Shown one piece after another: positions 61,320 to 64,000 of a DNA stretch of 64,000 nucleotides (within the stretch, counting starts at the first letter, position 1; each line of letters opens with the position of its first letter). The notes beneath the pieces were generated by a model, which had not been told where the DNA came from, made no database searches, and saw only the letters and a list, made by a program, of their open reading frames with translations. The stretch spans positions 4,320,001 to 4,384,000 of the forward strand of contig OZ252149.1 in the NCBI GenBank assembly GCA_965248755.1, in the 5' to 3' direction. Origin of the DNA: Candidatus Latescibacterota bacterium (GTDB lineage Bacteria > Latescibacterota > CBDEFO01). Both the position numbers and the translations under genes were made by a program.

Positions 61320-61762
61320 ACGACAGGTTCTACGGATGGGAAACCACCGCAGGGATCAAATTCCAACTCCTTACGGAAATGAAAGGTGTGAAGCGACGGG
61401 ATCCTTCTGCCGCTATCGGGTTTAGGTACTCCCGTCCGTTAAACTGGACAACGCAGGTCAACGCCCGATTCGAGTTCAGCACGCCTTTTACAGGAGACTT
61501 TGCAGAACTCTACAACACGTCCTTTATCACGGACTTCATCTACGAACTTACAAACAAAATAGATTTCACGCTCCGCTACCTGGTAAGGGCCAATAAATCT
61601 AATAAAGATATAGACACAGACACTGTCAACTCATTAGGGGCCGCGATTACCTTCTTCCTGGAGAACAAGATCAATCTCACTATAAGCGAACAGTTCGACA
61701 AGGAGGACAAAAAAAGGATAGAACAGCAGTTCAATATAACGCTCAATTATAGAGTGTTCTGA
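61295..61762 (+). pseudogene. 3' fragment of an outer-membrane beta-barrel gene
   Basis: Amphipathic strands and C-terminal LNYRVF signal; no start or signal peptide of its own. Confidence 0.55.
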
Positions 61763-62484
61763 GCACAGGCCAAAAACCGATGTCCGCTGCGCATGCAGGA
61801 CTCTCTTGCGGACCTGCCACTGTTGCCCCAAAAAATGTAATACTGCTTTACCCAGTTCTGCTACTCGGAGAAGATCTGACCTTGGAGAATTCCTTGCGGA
61901 TTACGACTTCTGGTAAAGCGACAACTCTTGTAAATGCTGCAAGTTTAGTCCCATCTGGAAGGGGTTTATCACATTCCCAATCTCCCTTCAACATAGATTG
62001 AGAGTGGGATTCTATTTGCAGCTTCTACTTTGTAGCCCCATAGGGCTCATATTCAAGAGGCAAGGGACAAAGGTGAGATTTTGATCAATTTGGAAAGAAT
62101 ATAAAATAAGATATCAGCTGTCAATTAAATTGTGCGGTGGATGGTCGGGTCAACAACAGACGTTAGCCTCAAGAATTGGCCTGATAATTTTCAGCGTCGA
62201 TGCCTTCACTGGAGTGTCGCTCCGCGAACAACCACGGCTTCCACCTGGCTACCTGCGACAGTCAATAGTTTCGCGTTCACTAAAATTATTTCTGATCAAC
62301 TCCATTGTGATCCAATTTGTTGCTGCTCATGACGTTGTACTAAATAATTTAAGACCTTGGACCAGCTCATTACCTTGTCCCGCGAGATCTCGAGGGTGAG
62401 CGGGGATCGTTTCCCAAAGTTAAGTCCCTTACCTCTCAGGCCGGTTAGTGACGTTCTCGCAGTAGATTTCACCAAGTGTAGAGA

Positions 62485-63210
62485 TCATCTGGGAACCCAA
62501 CTGGCGAAGTAGGTCGGCGACCACTTGCGCGTCAGTTGAAAAACGCGCTCCCTTACACAGCCGTGGTCTGGGGAAACCTCGATGTCGATATACGCCTCGG
62601 CCCCCGCTACAGTGGGAAATTCCGCCAGCCAGACGCGGTGCCAGGCAGCTTGGGGGGCCATCAGCTTAAAACACTCCAGCCGCATCAAACTATGCTTGTG
62701 GGTTACAGAGCGCATGCCCTCGATGTAGTCATCTTCCACCCGCTTTTCTCCGGAGCCGTGTGTCGGCTCCCCACGTTCGAAGAGCACTACAACCACACTG
62801 CCAGAGTCCACCCTTAGTTCTGGAACTTGGCGGGGATCAACGTCTTCCGGTACGATCACCGAAGGTGCAGCGTTCGCTACCCAGTCGGTGCAAAACTCCG
62901 GACGACAGTTACGCGCCAGGTAGTATTCGTAGTACCCATAGCGCCCATAGGGCGGCGCCATCTCTGCCTCAATCCATGCCTCGGCGCCCGCTAACGCCGG
63001 AAACTCAATGGTCCAGAAGCGCTCCCAAGTGCTTTGCGGCGCCATCAAACGGAACCCTTCGAGGCGCTGCAGCCCGTATTTGTGCGCAATTCCCAGCATC
63101 AGATCCACGTGCTCCTGCTGATAAGCTTTCTGTTCACGGGGCGACAAGCTGTGCCAGCTCAATAGCCGGCCACCTTTGTAGAGCACGACAATAGATTCGT
63201 CAGCTTCCAT
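62485..63210 (-). CDS. Hypothetical protein with two tandem homologous domains
   Basis: L-RLE-F-LMAPQ-W-R-W-EFP-AGAEA-I occurs twice. Confidence 0.75.
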   Translation of the reverse strand: MEADESIVVLYKGGRLLSWHSLSPREQKAYQQEHVDLMLGIAHKYGLQRLEGFRLMAPQSTWERFWTIEFPALAGAEAWIEAEMAPPYGRYGYYEYYLARNCRPEFCTDWVANAAPSVIVPEDVDPRQVPELRVDSGSVVVVLFERGEPTHGSGEKRVEDDYIEGMRSVTHKHSLMRLECFKLMAPQAAWHRVWLAEFPTVAGAEAYIDIEVSPDHGCVRERVFQLTRKWSPTYFASWVPR

Positions 63211-63558
63211 CTAATTTATCCCACTGTGGTTATTCTGTCGACGGATGATCTTTGAGCAGAAAAATCGGTTATAGAGTCAATTAGGATGAAGTTAATCCCT
63301 ATACACTGTGGATCTGACAGCAAGACACTCTTGCCTGCGGATTCCAGTGACTTTAGCCTGTAATCGAGACGGATTCCGAATGGCTAGTCAGACCATTCGA
63401 ACTGATGAAAGCAGGCGAAAGAGCCAGCCACTATGCAAATCCGTTCTTGGCGGCGAGGTCGAATTTGGAGTTCGTGCCTTCACAGTGGGAATGATCAGGT
63501 ATTTGTTTATCGGTCCGGCAGATGCATTTAGCGTCGGCTGGCGCTGGGGTAGCCACGT

Positions 63559-64000
63559 CTACATGACGATTTCGTGCATATCGCCGATCCACTTGATCCC
63601 GGTGGGTCCGGGTACTTCGCATGCTCCCCCCATGGCAAAAATGCGGTCGCCCACCGTCGCCGCATCCAGCCACGCCTTCCCCTTCGGCAACGGCGCTTCG
63701 CGGATCCAGCTGTCCGCGTCGATGTCGTAGATTTCAGTCGTGTTGGTGTAGTTTTTGATGGGGTCGTTGTCGTCCTCGTTGTTGTGGCCACCGCAGGTGA
63801 AAATCTTGTTGTCGCCCATCAGGGTTATGCCCATGGATTCCCTTCTTGTGAACATCGGGGCCAATTTTTCCCACTTGACCACAGTCGGATCCAGCACGTG
63901 TGCGTCGAGCAGGTAGGACTCCTCCCGGGGTTGACCCGTTCGACAACCACCGAAGACGTAGACCCTGTCATCGACACCGATGGCATTGGGGGCCTGGAGA
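63559..64000 (-). CDS. Kelch-repeat protein, 5'-partial
   Basis: Frame open to the window edge; RVYVFGG, IFTCGG, IYDI-W-APLP, IFAMGG. Confidence 0.85.
   Translation of the reverse strand, partial: LQAPNAIGVDDRVYVFGGCRTGQPREESYLLDAHVLDPTVVKWEKLAPMFTRRESMGITLMGDNKIFTCGGHNNEDDNDPIKNYTNTTEIYDIDADSWIREAPLPKGKAWLDAATVGDRIFAMGGACEVPGPTGIKWIGDMHEIVM

Noticed and set aside
61780..62470. Genes in the 61.8-62.5 kb gap
   Set aside because: Short ORFs without motifs or RBS; possibly decayed sequence, but no call can be supported

Overview
Chromosomal window from a diderm bacterium. LPS heptose genes, TonB-type and beta-barrel proteins, and C-terminal 'QNYPNPFNP...WDG...SGVY' sorting domains suggest the FCB group, Latescibacterota-like (inference). 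A conserved + strand housekeeping block at 22.6-38.6 kb (hldA/hldC, efp, accB/accC, gcvH, trpS, scpAB, rluB, cmk, plsC, rpsA) is flanked by patchy accessory regions with transporters, sugar-acid catabolism genes, secreted modular proteins and many gene remnants. No rRNA, tRNA, intact IS element or cas gene was recognised. The ORF track misses several things: (1) a >688-aa tandem FBP aldolase/phosphatase-family protein at the left edge, with a degenerate first copy; (2) two secreted proteins sharing a dockerin+cohesin+sorting-domain tail, one with no cargo domain and one split by an in-frame TAG; (3) a selenocysteine-type SelD with UGA and a SECIS-like hairpin; (4) a promoter-hairpin-terminator unit that looks like an unannotated small RNA; (5) a Tat-exported aldo-keto reductase with a broken catalytic tetrad; (6) several short palindromic repeat families, one nested inside itself. 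All family calls come from motif recognition by eye; no searches were run.
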